From: Macrostomum lignano
Taxonomy: Eukaryota
Length of the DNA: 64,000 bases
Reading direction: 5' to 3'
Assembly: GCA_002269645.1 (NCBI GenBank)
Contig: NIVC01002164.1
Location: 62,001 to 126,000 of the forward strand
The position numbers and the translations under genes are program-made. The notes beneath the pieces were generated by a model that saw only the letters and a list, made by a program, of their open reading frames with translations, did no database searches and was not told the DNA's origin. This document shows, in pieces, positions 23,545 to 42,166 of the stretch (positions are counted from its first letter, which is position 1; each line of letters opens with the position of its first letter).

Positions 23545-25414
23545 ATGCAAACTGGCAATCCAACCCTTCAAAATTTGGGCTTGGATAGCGACTCAGATGA
23601 CGAATCATACGTGACTGCATCTGGTACCAGTGGAGGCTCCTCTGATGAGCAGAGTGACCTTGAGGAGGTCCAGATTGTGAATCCGCCAGACAACATCGAA
23701 GATAACTGGCATGATACCACTCCGGAAACGGATCATCGGCCCAACCCACTTCCCGAGTTTCTCGGCTTGCCTGGTCTGCATCCGGATTTTCTTGTGCCGG
23801 ACAACATCGAAAATGGTGTGGCTGCCATCCTTGGTCAGTTTCTTCCCGACAGTCTGCTGCAAAGTTTGTGCGACTGGACAAACGCCAGATCAGACAGAGC
23901 TGTCACGCAAATTCAACAAGAAAACGGAGAGCTGCCATGGAAGCTCCTAAATTGGAAGCCATGCAACTTGAATGAAATGAAGAAGTTTATCGGAATTCTG
24001 CTGCACATGGGAGTAGTGCAGAAGCCAGATATTAGCATGTATTGGTCAAGCGATCTTATGTATCATCAGGACTTCTTCCACCATGAGTCATGTCTGTCGC
24101 GTAACAGGTTTCAGCTCACCATGACCTGGTTTCGCTGCTACGATTGCACGGATGTGAACGAAGCTGATCCGCTTTGCAAGATCAGACCTTTTTTGAACAT
24201 ATTTCTGTTGACGAGTCATTGCTATTTTACAAAGGTAGGCTCCACTTTCTTCAGTACATGCCAAACAAAAAGGCAAAGCTCGGCATCAAGCTGTATTGTC
24301 TAGCCGAATCGAACAGCGGCTATTTGTGGAACTTTCTGATCCACTCCACTGCGGCCCAAAACAACCGGTTGGAACTTTCTGATCCACTCCACTGCGGCCC
24401 AAAACAACCGGTTGGAACTTTCTGATCCACTCCACTGCGGCCCAAAACAACCGGTTGGAACTTTCTGATCCACTCCACTGCGGCCCAAAACAACCGGTTG
24501 GAACTTTCTGATCCACTCCACTGCGGCCCGAAACAACCTGTTCGGCCAGGATGCGCAGCAGCTGTCGCTCTCGGAACGCATTGTCGTAGAACTGTCTCGG
24601 GATATCTTGGACCTCGGGCACAGGATCTTTTGTGACACCTGGTTTTGCTCGGCATGGCTCGCCGACTGGTTGCTCCAGAGAATCTCTGTTGACAGGCACA
24701 GTGCGAGCACAACGCGGCGTTCCCACGGCTCTGAAGCAGCAGTTGTTGCACCCACCATCCAACGCCTTTTCTAGGCGTGGGGATCTGCTTGCTGTGAAGA
24801 TTGTGGATCGGCGAGCCTCTGGCCTAAAGACCGTGTACATGCTAGACAGTGCCGGCTCGGCCAACTGTGTGCAAGTTACAAGGGTTCAGCGAGGCGGTCA
24901 GGAGCAGCAACTGCTGAAGTCTCAGACAGCTCTAGACTACAATCACAGCATGGGAGGAGTGGACAGGATGGACGCTAGTTGTGAGCCCTACAAGACAAGT
25001 AGAAGAACGCAGAAGTGGTTTTTCAAGCTGGCCTCCTATCTCTTGCTGCAACTTGTTCGCAACTCCTTTATTGCCTGTAAGCACATTGGCGGTTCCCGCA
25101 TGTTCTTGCACTATTTAGAAGCATGTCAGCGAATTTTAGTCTGCGATACCGGCGTTGGGCGCTTGCCAGGGGAAGGCTCCCCCAGCAGCAGCAGCAGCAG
25201 CAGCAGCACCTCGAGCAAAATGTTGCTGCTGCGCTGCATCTGCCAACGCGCTTGCCAGCTACTGCCACACAGCGACACCCAACAATGCACTGTAGAATTT
25301 GCAGCAATGCTGGCCTGCAGAAAGCGAACTGCCTTTCTCTGCGCCGCTTGCAACGGGCAGCCAAGCTTGTGCCTTGAGCCGTGCTTCAGAGCATGGCACG
25401 AGGCCCAAAACTAA
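23545..25414 (+). mobile_element. Decayed piggyBac-family (PGBD, DDE_Tnp_1_7) transposase
   Basis: Acidic N-terminus, NEMKKFIGILLHMG, LSRNRF, ISVDES (D1), GIKLYCLAES, HRIFCDTWF (D2), TGTVR, YNHSMGGVDRMD (D3) and a C-terminal CRIC...CAAC..LCLEPCFRAWH Cys-rich domain. At least three frameshifts plus an internal tandem amplification. TTAA/TIR ends not found. Confidence 0.9.
24328..24538. repeat. 43-bp tandem amplification (5 copies) inside the piggyBac transposase
   Basis: GGAACTTTCTGATCCACTCCACTGCGGCCCAAAACAACCGGTT at 24328, 24371, 24414, 24457 and 24500. Confidence 0.95.
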
Positions 25415-26619
25415 AAGCACATGCTGATGGAGTATGCTGGAACAAGCTACTTGACACTGTGATTCATATGATTAGCTTCCTTTGTCGTTTATTTTCATGT
25501 TTTTTTATATACTATCATGCTGTTTTCTCTCTACTTCTGACAATGCTGTATTTTATACAGTTATGTTGTTGTTTGCTTCTAATTTGTTGCTTCTAATAGT
25601 ATACTACTCGTCTTGTTATATCTAAGATTGTTAAATAAAATAAAAGTCACGTGATTCTAAAACCAACTCTTTGTTCAATTCCCTAATTTTTCATCCAAGT
25701 TTAATTTCCAATTAACGAAACAATTTTTGCGGCAGCTCTACTGCCGACTGCGGGAGACTAAAGGGGTGCTGGGGTAGGAAGTCTGTTTGCCATAGACGCA
25801 GAAATTCCGTAATCACGGGAGGGAGTCGGGGTGAGCTTGCGGAAGCAGAGCTGCCACTGGGAAATGAATGGTTACACACCGTTCGCTGCAGCGTGCAACA
25901 ACAGACGGATTGAAGAGCTGAGCTGCTGCACTTCTGTTGTTGCAGAAAGGCAATTAAAAACACCTGAAAGAAGACCGAAAGAGAGCTTTAACAGAATTCT
26001 GCTCTGAAAGATGCCGCTAAATTGAGTGCTCACTCATCACGGGGGAGGGCTCGGGACTCGGTCAACTGGAAGGGCTAATCAAAGGAGAAGCTGGTTGAGA
26101 GAGCTTCAGAAACACCTGGCCCACAAATTACGTACCTTCCGTAAAAAAGAAAACTGCTAACTGATTCAAGTAATAAGTTTTCTGTTTGTTTACCTCAAAA
26201 CGGTGCAAATTTTCTGATGCTACTACTTAACAGTATAGTGTGAATACTGTTGTAATGAAACAGTAAAAAAAGTTTAACATTTTTTAAACATTTTAGATGC
26301 ATAAATTTTCCAGAACGGCGCTGAGTAGTCTTCTGTATTAAACTATTCTTTATTTTACAAGATGTTTTCTGAAACAGTTTCTGAAAAGTTTCTGAAGCTG
26401 CAAAAATCGTGTTTGGCTTTCTAAAAGCAGACCCTTGAATTTGCATCAAATTTACCGACTCCAGATTGCCCCAATAATCGAAATTATTTATATAGAAATT
26501 AGTTTTAGACTGAGGATTGCGGGGAAACTTGAAAGACAAAGAAACTTGAAAGACAAAGAAACTTGAAAGACGTAAGCATAGAGAGCACGAGAGAAAAGGG
26601 GTGACGCCCCACCCAGCCA

Positions 26620-26876
26620 CATAGGCGTAGTGAACGTTTCAAAAACTGGGGGGGGCAGGTTCAGTGACGGATTTAGGGGCGGGGGCCGCACAGGGCGCAC
26701 GCCCCCGTCGAGTTAGATTTTTTTATATAGAAAATGCACATTATAATGTACCAATTATTTTCAGAATCCATCTTGTCAGCACTCATTTTATAAAGTGCCG
26801 CAGGCACTCATTTTAGCGCCGCAGGCACTCATTTTAGCGCCGCAGGCACTGCCCCCCCCCATTCCTACGCCTTATG
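26620..26876. mobile_element. hAT-type MITE (257 bp)
   Basis: Ends CATAGGCGTAG ... CTACGCCTTATG; exact 8-bp TSD CCCAGCCA at 26612-26619 and 26877-26884. Confidence 0.82.
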
Positions 26877-26917
26877 CCCAGCCAGGCCGATAAACAGTTA
26901 AGCTAACTGCTTACCTC

Positions 26918-27112
26918 TTACTGCTCTCATTGGCCGAGCTAGATTGGGCCTGCCCCACACCCCCGGCTGAGCTTCGTCCGTCTGACTTCGACCTCTTTCC
27001 TTACTGCTCTCTTATTGGCTGAGCTAGATTGGGCCTGCCCCACACCCCCGGCTGAGCTTCGTCCGTCTGACTTCGACCTCTTTCCTTACTGCTCTCTTAT
27101 TGGCTGAGCTAG
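26918..27112. repeat. About 85-bp tandem duplication (2.3 copies)
   Basis: TTACTGCTCTC... recurs at 26918, 27001 and 27086. Confidence 0.88.
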
Positions 27113-27717
27113 AAGTTTCGTCCTTCGTGCATTCACTTGTGTACATCGAGACAAATGCTTGATGTTCATTCCTAACCCCATATGCTCCTGAGGCCACAAA
27201 GGCCCTCAGGAAGGAAAGGAAATTTTAGCTGGACCATAATTTTAGCGACACTGCGCAGACAAACTACTGAAAAAAAGAGTAGACGCCGTACTCTTTCACA
27301 ACTTTTATTGCGAGCTCGTGATCATAGAGTCACCTGATTTCCTTGAGCGAACAAATAGAATACAGAGCGAGAGTCAGGAGCGGCTGGGGTTTATTTTAAA
27401 TGAAGTAAAATTTAATAGCTATTTAAAAAAATAACGCAATTAAGCATAATTACTCCAATTTTCCATTGAGCTGGCTGCAAAGTGTTTGAGAAATGCTTGA
27501 GTACAATGGAACAATACAGTGCCCGTCTCCAACAGTTGACGTGGGCGTAAATCGTTTTAATTGCTTTAAGGCTTTCAATTACGTCTGGTTCCATTTTCAT
27601 TATCCTGCATTTATAACTTAACAGCACTTAGAATTAAGTGCAGTTTTTTTACTTTGGAAGTCGGAAATACCTTCGATTTTAGCTCAATGGCTGCAGACTG
27701 CAAGACGGTATAAACAG

Positions 27718-28315
27718 CATAGCAGACAGTAGATAGCAGACAGTAGATAGTAGACAGTAGATAGCAGACAGTAGATAGCAGACAGTAGATAGCAGACAGT
27801 AGATAGCAGACAGTAGATAGCAGACAGTAGATAGCAGACAGTAGATAGCAGACAGTAGATAGCAGACAGTAGATAGCAGACAGTAGATAGCAGACAGTAG
27901 ATAGCAGACAGTAGATAGCAGACAGTAGATAGTAGACAGTAGATAGCAGACAGTAGATAGCAGACAGTAGATAGCAGACAGTAGATAGCAGACAGTAGAT
28001 AGCAGACAGTAGATAGCAGACAGTAGATAGTAGACAGTAGATAGCAGACAGTAGATAGCAGACAGTAGATAGCAGACAGTAGATAGTAGACAGTAGATAG
28101 CAGACAGTAGATAGCAGACAGTAGATAGCAGACAGTAGATAGCAGACAGTAGATAGCAGACAGTAGATAGCAGACAGTAGATAGCAGACAGTAGATAGCA
28201 GACAGTAGATAGCAGACAGTAGATAGCAGACAGTAGATAGCAGACAGTAGATAGCAGACAGTAGATAGCAGACAGTAGATAGCAGACAGTAGATAGCAGA
28301 CAGTAGATAGCAGAA
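27718..28315. repeat. 14-bp minisatellite (AGATAGCAGACAGT)n
   Basis: Directly visible; source of the spurious ORF 27684-28433. Confidence 0.97.
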
Positions 28316-29216
28316 GGTGAATACAGTGAAAATTTACTAAGTGAATGGGATGCCAGATGAAGCGCACTATTATTGAGTTCGGAAGCTTAAAAGCTCTTTC
28401 ATTCATTTCATCAGGTGATATGATTAGTTGCAAATTCTCATAATTTAGCTCTGTCTTTTAAAAGTAACTGTTCTCATAGCCTGCTTCCAGTGCCGAAATC
28501 CCCCTGCAAGCAAGCTAAAGCCAGTAATATTGGTCTTTTAATCAATTGCTTCGTTAATTTACAATCCCCAGTTAGCCTCCCCCTGCTGAGACACATCCGC
28601 ATGCAGTCCAGCTGAGCAGCCCGGGCAGCCCACCTGTTGAGCGAATCCTGCAGCCGGAGGCAACCCAGCCGTCCAATCAGGGTCTCGAGAGGAGGCGACA
28701 CGTTTAGCCTAAAAGCTTGGCAACTGGCGGGGTTCTCAGCAGCTACTTTGCTCCGACCGAGGCTCTGGTCTGATCTGTTATACAAAAAACTCGATTTTCA
28801 AGCAGCACCTGATCTCCGCAATGTCACTCGGCATCAACAGGTAATCCATTGCTTAAGACAAATCGAACTTATCGTAAAACACGAGTTTTTTTAAGTCCGA
28901 AGCTTGCAAACTGTTTCAGAGTGTTGATCTGCACACCGCTACTGGCTGGCCTTCTCCTGACATGCTGCATTCTGACTGTTCACCTGGGTGAGCTGCTGGG
29001 CAGGGACTGATGGATGAACTCATTACAGCCCTACCAATCTGGAGTCGGGTTTCACCCGCAACTCGATCTCTCGCTCGCAATAAGCGACCATCTTGAACGC
29101 GAAATCGTGCTCAAAAATCATTTGCCGAGTTCAGGGAAAGGGGGGCGCCTGGCACTGAGCCGGTCAAAGCACTGCTCTCCACCACGTTTTGTTGTGTCGG
29201 AGCAATACAGCGAGAA

Positions 29217-29502
29217 TTTAATAATTTCAGAAACTGCGGAGGCTGCCCCGAACCCTCGGGCTCGCTCGAACTCGCAGGGGGATCGGCTGGAGGGTGAGGA
29301 GCGGCTCCTGATCTGTGCGGTTGCTGGGGTCTTTGTTTTATCGTGCTTCTGTACAGAACCCCCACCCCGATATTGGCAGATCTGATCGAACTTGAGAATG
29401 AGCAGAGCTCGAATTCGCAGCAATCGGATGGGTGAGGCGAATCAATCAAATTTATCGATCTGACTCGATCAACAAACCAATCAGTCCAAATGGTTTGATC
29501 AG

Positions 29503-29558
<56 letters not shown>

Positions 29559-29564
29559 CCAATT

Positions 29565-29618
<54 letters not shown>

Positions 29619-29664
29619 CCAATTAATCAATCAATCCATCAATCAATCAATCAATCAATCAATT

Positions 29665-29700
<36 letters not shown>

Positions 29701-29716
29701 CATCAATCAACCAATT

Positions 29717-29811
<95 letters not shown>

Positions 29812-29816
29812 TATTT

Positions 29817-29861
<45 letters not shown>

Positions 29862-29961
29862 CCGCACCGGCATCCGCAGCTCCGATGAGTCGATGGCAGA
29901 GCTGATGCAGAAGCTGAGTCGTCTCGACCACCTGAGCAAGCGGTTCGTCACTGACTGGTAG
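29217..29961 (+). CDS. Putative 3'-terminal exons of an unidentified plus-strand gene
   Basis: Phase-compatible GT-AG exons ~29231-29293, ~29356-29430 and 29880-29961 read ...TPTPILADLIELENEQSSNSQQSDG|SDESMAELMQKLSRLDHLSKRFVTDW*. No family recognised and no upstream structure established. Confidence 0.35.
29503..29860. repeat. (AATC)n microsatellite
   Basis: Directly visible. Confidence 0.98.
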
Positions 29962-30374
29962 CCGCGAGAGACGCTCACCAGTGCTGACGAATAATTTGAA
30001 AAATTCAAACACGGAACGTCACACAGTGTCTCAAACGAGAGACTACCCAGTCACAATTCCGCTCTCCCAGAGTTCGACTTTCACATTGAGAGCAAAATAA
30101 AATCCAAGTAGAGTTTCAGACTTGTCAACCTGCACACAATTAAAATCACGTCTTTATTATTAGTTATTTTGTTTATTTGATTTCGAAGAAATTCAATTTT
30201 GACTAAGGAGGCAAGTAAAACTGAGAGGCAAACTGAGGGACTGCGGGGCGATTCTGACAACAGCGAAGAAACATCAGTCAGTTTACCTGAGCTTGGCTTG
30301 CTTAACAACTTGTGTAGTAAAATTGACTGGTTAATATTGACCAAGTCTCTGTGTTGATCTTGATAATCTTATTG

Positions 30375-32210
30375 TTTATCTCAGTTGTTCTCATAGTTTA
30401 TCTCAACTGTTCTCGTAGTTTATCTCAGTTGTTCTCATAGTTCATCTCAACTGTTCTCATAGTTTATCTCAACTGTTCTCGTAGTTTATCTCAGTTGTTC
30501 TCATAGTTCATCTCAACTGTTCTCGTAGTTTATCTCAGTTGTTCTCATAGTTCATCTCAACTGTTCTCGTAGTTTATCTCAGTTGTTCTCATAGTTCATC
30601 TCAACTGTTCTCGTAGTTTATCTCAACTGTTCTCGTAGTTTATCTCAACTGTTCTCATAGTTTATCTCAACTGTTCTCATAGTTCATCTCAACTGTTCTC
30701 ATACTTTATCTCAACTGTTCTCATAGTTTATCTCAACTGTTCTCATACTTTTTCTCAACTGTTCTCATAGTTTATCTCAACTGTTCTCATAGTTTATCTC
30801 AACTGTTCTCGTAGTTCATCTCAACTGTTCTCGTAGTTTATCTCAACTGTTCTCATAGTTTATCTCAACTGTTCTCATAGTTCATCTCAACTGTTCTCGT
30901 AGTTTATCTCAACTGTTCTCATAGTTCATCTCAACTGTTCTCGTAGTTTATCTCAACTGTTCTCATACTTTATCTCAACTGTTCTCATACTTTATCTCAA
31001 CTGTTCTCATAGTTTATCTCAACTGTTCTCATAGTTTATCTCAACTGTTCTCGTAGTTCATCTCAACTGTTCTCGTAGTTTATCTCAACTGTTCTCATAG
31101 TTTATCTCAACTGTTCTCATAGTTTATCTCAACTGTTCTCGTAGTTTATCTCAACTGTTCTCATAGTTTATCTCAACTGTTCTCATAGTTTATCTCAACT
31201 GTTCTCATACTTTATCTCAACTATTCTCATAGTTTATCTCAACTGTTCTCATAGTTTATCTCAACTGTTCTCGTAGTTTATCTCAACTGTTCTCATAGTT
31301 TATCTCAACTGTTCTCATAGTTTATCTCAACTGTTCTCGTAGTTCATCTCAACTGTTCTCGTAGTTTATCTCAACTGTTCTCATAGTTTATCTCAACTGT
31401 TCTCATAGTTTATCTCAACTGTTCTCGTAGTTTATCTCAACTGTTCTCATACTTTATCTCAACTGTTCTCATAGTTTATCTCAACTGTTCTCATACTTTA
31501 TCTCAACTATTCTCATAGTTTATCTCAACTGTTCTCATAGTTTATCTCAACTGTTCTCGTAGTTTATCTCAACTGTTCTCATAGTTTATCTCAACTGTTC
31601 TCATAGTTTATCTCAACTGTTCTCGTAGTTCATCTCAACTGTTCTCGTAGTTTATCTCAACTGTTCTCGTAGTTTATCTCAACTGTTCTCATAGTTTATC
31701 TCAACTGTTCTCGTAGTTTATCTCAACTGTTCTCATACTTTATCTCAACTGTTCTCATACTTTATCTCAACTGTTCTCATACTTTATCACAACTGTTCTC
31801 ATATTTCAACTGTTCTCATACTTTATCACAACTGTTCTCATATTTCAACTGTTCTCATAATTTATCTCAAATGTTCTCATACTTTATCTCAACTGTTCTC
31901 ATACTTTATCTCAACTGTTCTCATATTTCAACTGTTCTCATACTTTATCACAACTGTTCTCATATTTCAACTGTTCTCATACTTTATCACAACTGTTCTC
32001 ATATTTCAACTGTTCTCATAATTTATCTCAACTGTTCTCATACTTTATCACAACTGTTCTCATATTTCAACTGTTCTCATACTTTATCACAACTGTTCTC
32101 ATATTTCAACTGTTCTCATACTTTATCTCAAATGTTCTCATACTTTATCTCAACTGTTCTCATAATTTATCTCAACTGTTCTCATAGTTTATCTGAGCTG
32201 TTCTCATAGT
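30375..32210. repeat. 22-bp minisatellite (AGTTTATCTCAACTGTTCTCAT)n, about 80 copies
   Basis: 22-bp period (30601 vs 30623); the unit degenerates toward the 3' end. Confidence 0.97.
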
Positions 32211-32289
32211 TTTGGTCTCAGTCACTCTGTTTCATTTCCTTTCAGCAGCAATCCCAAAAAACTGTTTCCAACCAAGTCGAGTCATCAAA

Positions 32290-38150
<5,861 letters not shown>

Positions 38151-38664
38151 ACATACCGACAGGAAGAGTAAGAGGCAGTCTCTCTTTGGAAGAAATCAGT
38201 ATAATTTTTGTCTTGTCAGCAAATCCCTGATAAATACCTGCTGGTCGGTTTGATAGGCGGGTCCGCTGCCGCAGCCACCCGGCAGCTGAGTTACTCACTC
38301 AGGGCTCCTGCATTAATTTTTCATGCCGGGGAGGTCATGGCAGGGCAGCCGCACAGCCCCCTGTATTAGTTCCTCAGCAGCCCCAGAGACCATTCTGAGC
38401 GCAGGGCGTTGGCATCCCCTGATCTATTATTTATGCAGGAACCCAGCCCGGGCCAATCAAACTGCTCTTCAGATTCTTTTATAGGTTCCTCATCGGCCGA
38501 TCAAAGTTCTTAATTACTGTTGAAGGGATCCTGACGAGCCTCTGCATTGGAACCCCGTCTGGATGTTTCTCTTTTCGAGGTTCAAGCAGCTTCTCAAGCA
38601 AATTGCAGCTCGGCGACGCAACAAAAAAGTACATTGGATTCTTAAAACCCCAACTTATGCATTA

Positions 38665-39970
38665 ATGTACATCCCCACTCAATCCGATTCCACTTTGACC
38701 AGGCAGACCGCAATGTACATCCCCACTCAATCCGATTCCACTCTGACCAGGCAGACCGCAATGTACATCCCCACTCAATCCGATTCCACTCTGACCAGGC
38801 AGACCGCAATGTACATCCCCACTCAATCCGATTCCACTCTGACCAGGCAGACCGCAATGTACATCCCCACTCAATCCGATTCCACTCTGACCAGGCAGAC
38901 CGCAATGTACATCCCCACTCAATCCGATTCCACTCTGACCAGGCAGACCGCAATGTACATCCCCGCTCAATCCGATTCCACTCTGACCAGGCAGACCGCA
39001 ATGTACATCCCCACTCAATCCGATTCCACTCTGACCAGGCAGACCGCAATGTACATCCCCGCTCAATCCGATTCCACTCTGACCAGGCAGACCGCAATGT
39101 ACATCCCCACTCAATCCGATTCCACTCTGACCAGGCAGACCGCAATGTACATCCCCACTCAATCCGATTCCACTCTGACCAGGCAGACCGACCGCAATGT
39201 ACATCCCCACTCAATCCGATTCCACTCTGACCAGGCAGACCGCAATGTACATCCCCACTCAATCCGATTCCACTCTGACCAGGCAGACCGCAATGTACAT
39301 CTCCGCTCAATCCGATTCCACTCTGGCCAGGCAGACCGACCGCAATGTACATCCCCACTCAATCCGATTCCACTCTGACCAGGCAGACCGCAATGTACAT
39401 CCCCACTCAATCAGATTCCACTCTGGCCAGGCAGACCGACCGCAATGTACATCCCCACTCAATCCGATTCCACTCTGGCCAGGCAGACCGACCGCAATGT
39501 ACATCCCCACTCAATCCGATTCCACTCTGGCCAGGCAGACCGACCGCAATGTACATCCCCACTCAATCCGATTCCACTCTGACGAGGCAGACCGACCGCA
39601 ATGTACATTCCCACTCAATCCGATTCCACTCTGACCAGGCAGACCGCAATGTACATCCCCACTCAATCCGATTCCACTCTGACCAGGCAGACCGCAATGT
39701 ACATCCCCACTCAATCCGATTTCACTCTGACCAGGCAGACCGCAATGTACATCCCCACTCAATCCGATTCCACTCTGACCAGGCAGACCGCAATGTACAT
39801 CACCACTCAATCCGATTCCACTCTGACCAGGCAGACCGCAATGTACATCCCCACTCAATCCGATTCCACTCTGACCAGGCAGACCGCAATGTACATCCCC
39901 ACTCAATCCGATTCCACTCTGACCAGGCAGACCGCAATGTACATCCCCACTCAATCCGATTCCACTCTGT
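38665..39970. repeat. 48-bp minisatellite (ATGTACATCCCCACTCAATCCGATTCCACTCTGACCAGGCAGACCGCA)n
   Basis: About 27 copies, some with a 4-bp CCGA insertion; source of many spurious ORFs. Confidence 0.97.
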
Positions 39971-40299
39971 AAACTATTTACGCAGTTTGTGTCACGGCGG
40001 CAGAATTGGGAGCCCAAGTGGGTTGCTCCAAGCCAGCGATAAGATAATATATAGGATTTCTTGGGACGAGGGCTAAGACTTAATCAGTTGTTATTCCTGC
40101 AGATTTTCTCTCAAGAATTCGGACACGGCTGTGACGGCTGCATCAAAACTTTTGTTGCTGAGTAAGTTAGTGCTCAGGCAGTATCATTATTGAAAAAATA
40201 AGACATGAAAAATTTTAATCCTACAATACTGACTGCCAATTGCCCTTGGAACTTTTGTTTACTAAAACAAAATATCTATTAAGACCCCCGTGCAATATC

Positions 40300-40590
40300 T
40301 TGTACGACTACACCCTTAAGCCTTGTACACCCTTAAGCCTTGTACACCCTGCAGGCCTTGTACACCCTGCAGGCCTCGTACACCCCTTGTACACCCTGCA
40401 GACCTTGTACACCCCTGATACACCTTGCAGGCCTTCTACACCCCTAGTACACCCTTAAGCCTTGTACACCCTGCAGGCCTTGTACACCCTGCAAGTCTTG
40501 TACACCCTGCAGGCCGTCTACACTCTGCAGAGTGTACACCCTGCAAGCAGTGTACACCCTGCAAGCAGTGTACACCCTGCAAGTACTGCA
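40300..40590. repeat. Degenerate 18-bp repeat (TTGTACACCCTGCAGGCC)n
   Basis: Directly visible. Confidence 0.88.
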
Positions 40591-42166
40591 AACCTTTTCG
40601 AGCAAAATTGATCATTGCTTTTTGAATTCCAAAGTATTTTAACAATTAAATAGATGATTTGCTGGGAGAAAAATATTATTTATTTATGATTTGCTATAGT
40701 GAGGGAAATATTCAAAAAACACAGAAAAGATAAAAAAGCAGAATCAAAACAGCAGATCCCTCTAGGACGATCTCGGCCCAGAATAATCTCGGAATGATTG
40801 CCATTTCAAAACACCACCTGATGCGCAGAAAATATTTTTAAAAGCATGAAGATAGCAATGGCTCATTGAGTAGCTTTTTAACTGCTAGCCAGAATTTTCC
40901 ACCACAGGAGTTGCTTGAGCTCAGGAGGGTTCTTGAGCAGGCTATTAAATTGAACTTTTGAATTGAGCATTGCAGGAATTCAACTATTTTCAGGCCCTTT
41001 CATCGGTAAAATGTTTTTGGTCTGTCGATTTTGTTTGTATAATCAACCTTTTACTCGTATCCTGATGATAAAAATCAGTGAAATTTCAGAGCTGCCGTGT
41101 ATTCTTATCACACTACTTACTTGAAAAAATTAGTAGTCTATTGCGGATGTTATAAAAAAGCGAATTTTTAATGTACTCGTAAATCCGAACAGATGAAACA
41201 GACTGAAAACTGAGGCCTGCCTCTCTCCGCCCCTTTCATCCCCGTGAGCCGCCTCATCAACATTAGTTCAATCCCAGCCTCCGCGCCCCGACTTCTGGCA
41301 AAGATGCCGCCCTCTGAGAATTGCTCTCTGAGAAGAGCTGAGGCTTGAAAATTAGCCTTCTTAGATGTGAGGACGAGCGGCGATAAGGGGGAGATTCCGG
41401 GTGAGCGATGGGAGTCCGGGTTGTGAGGGGAAGACTGTCTGTAGGGGAAAATTAATTGGGGAGCTAACTAGCTTAAGATCCCCCAGTTGGGTCTGAAAAA
41501 AAGAAGGCAGGCAGCGGCTTCGGGTGGACTAGAATGAGTAGGATCGCATCTGCTCGGGGGGGGGGGCGCTGGTGCACTCGGGAGTGAATTTCCGACTCAT
41601 CCGCCACAGATTCCCTCTGAATCATCGACTCGCCAGAGTAAAAGGCCTGTCTCTCTGAGCGCTACGACATTTCCCAGCTCAGGTTGCTAAGGGTCGGCTG
41701 GGAAACTACCTCAGGGTTCGCTGCTTCTCCCGGGTGTCGCATTCGAAGTCCATTTCCATCTTCGGAATTCTTACCTGCTTTGTATTTATCGGAGCAGAGC
41801 CAAGCTCCGCCCTCCCCTTGCCCGGCCCGAGTACCCGGCAGTGTCTCATTACCCGAGCCGCATGCCAGCTCGGGGATCTGTCCTGAGCTCCCCTCGGGTC
41901 TCCGTGCCCCCCCTCAGCCAATGCATGCAGGCCTGCCGGGATGGCAACCTCAGCCCGCTCAGAGCGGAGTTTAAAAATAAATTCCCCCCTTAACAACCCC
42001 TGCGCTCGGCTCCATCCATCAACAGATTCCTTGCTTTCTAAAGCACCAGCCTTAGCGTCTGCATCCCGTCACCCTCTGCCTCATCGACAGGGCGGCCACT
42101 CAAGGAGATTTTTCTATAAAAAACACAGCTTTGCGGAGACAAAACGCCTCGGTGCAGTCAGCAGCC

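Noticed and set aside
23040-25720. TTAA-flanked TIRs for the piggyBac element
   Set aside because: No matching TTAA-CC...GG-TTAA pair found, so ends were not annotated.
25745-26120. Possible plus-strand exons (…RRRNSVITGGSR|GT)
   Set aside because: Could not be joined in phase to neighbouring candidates without stops.
38563-40076. Multiple 120-270-aa ORFs (MYIPTQSDSTLTRQTA repeats)
   Set aside because: Artefacts of the 48-bp minisatellite.
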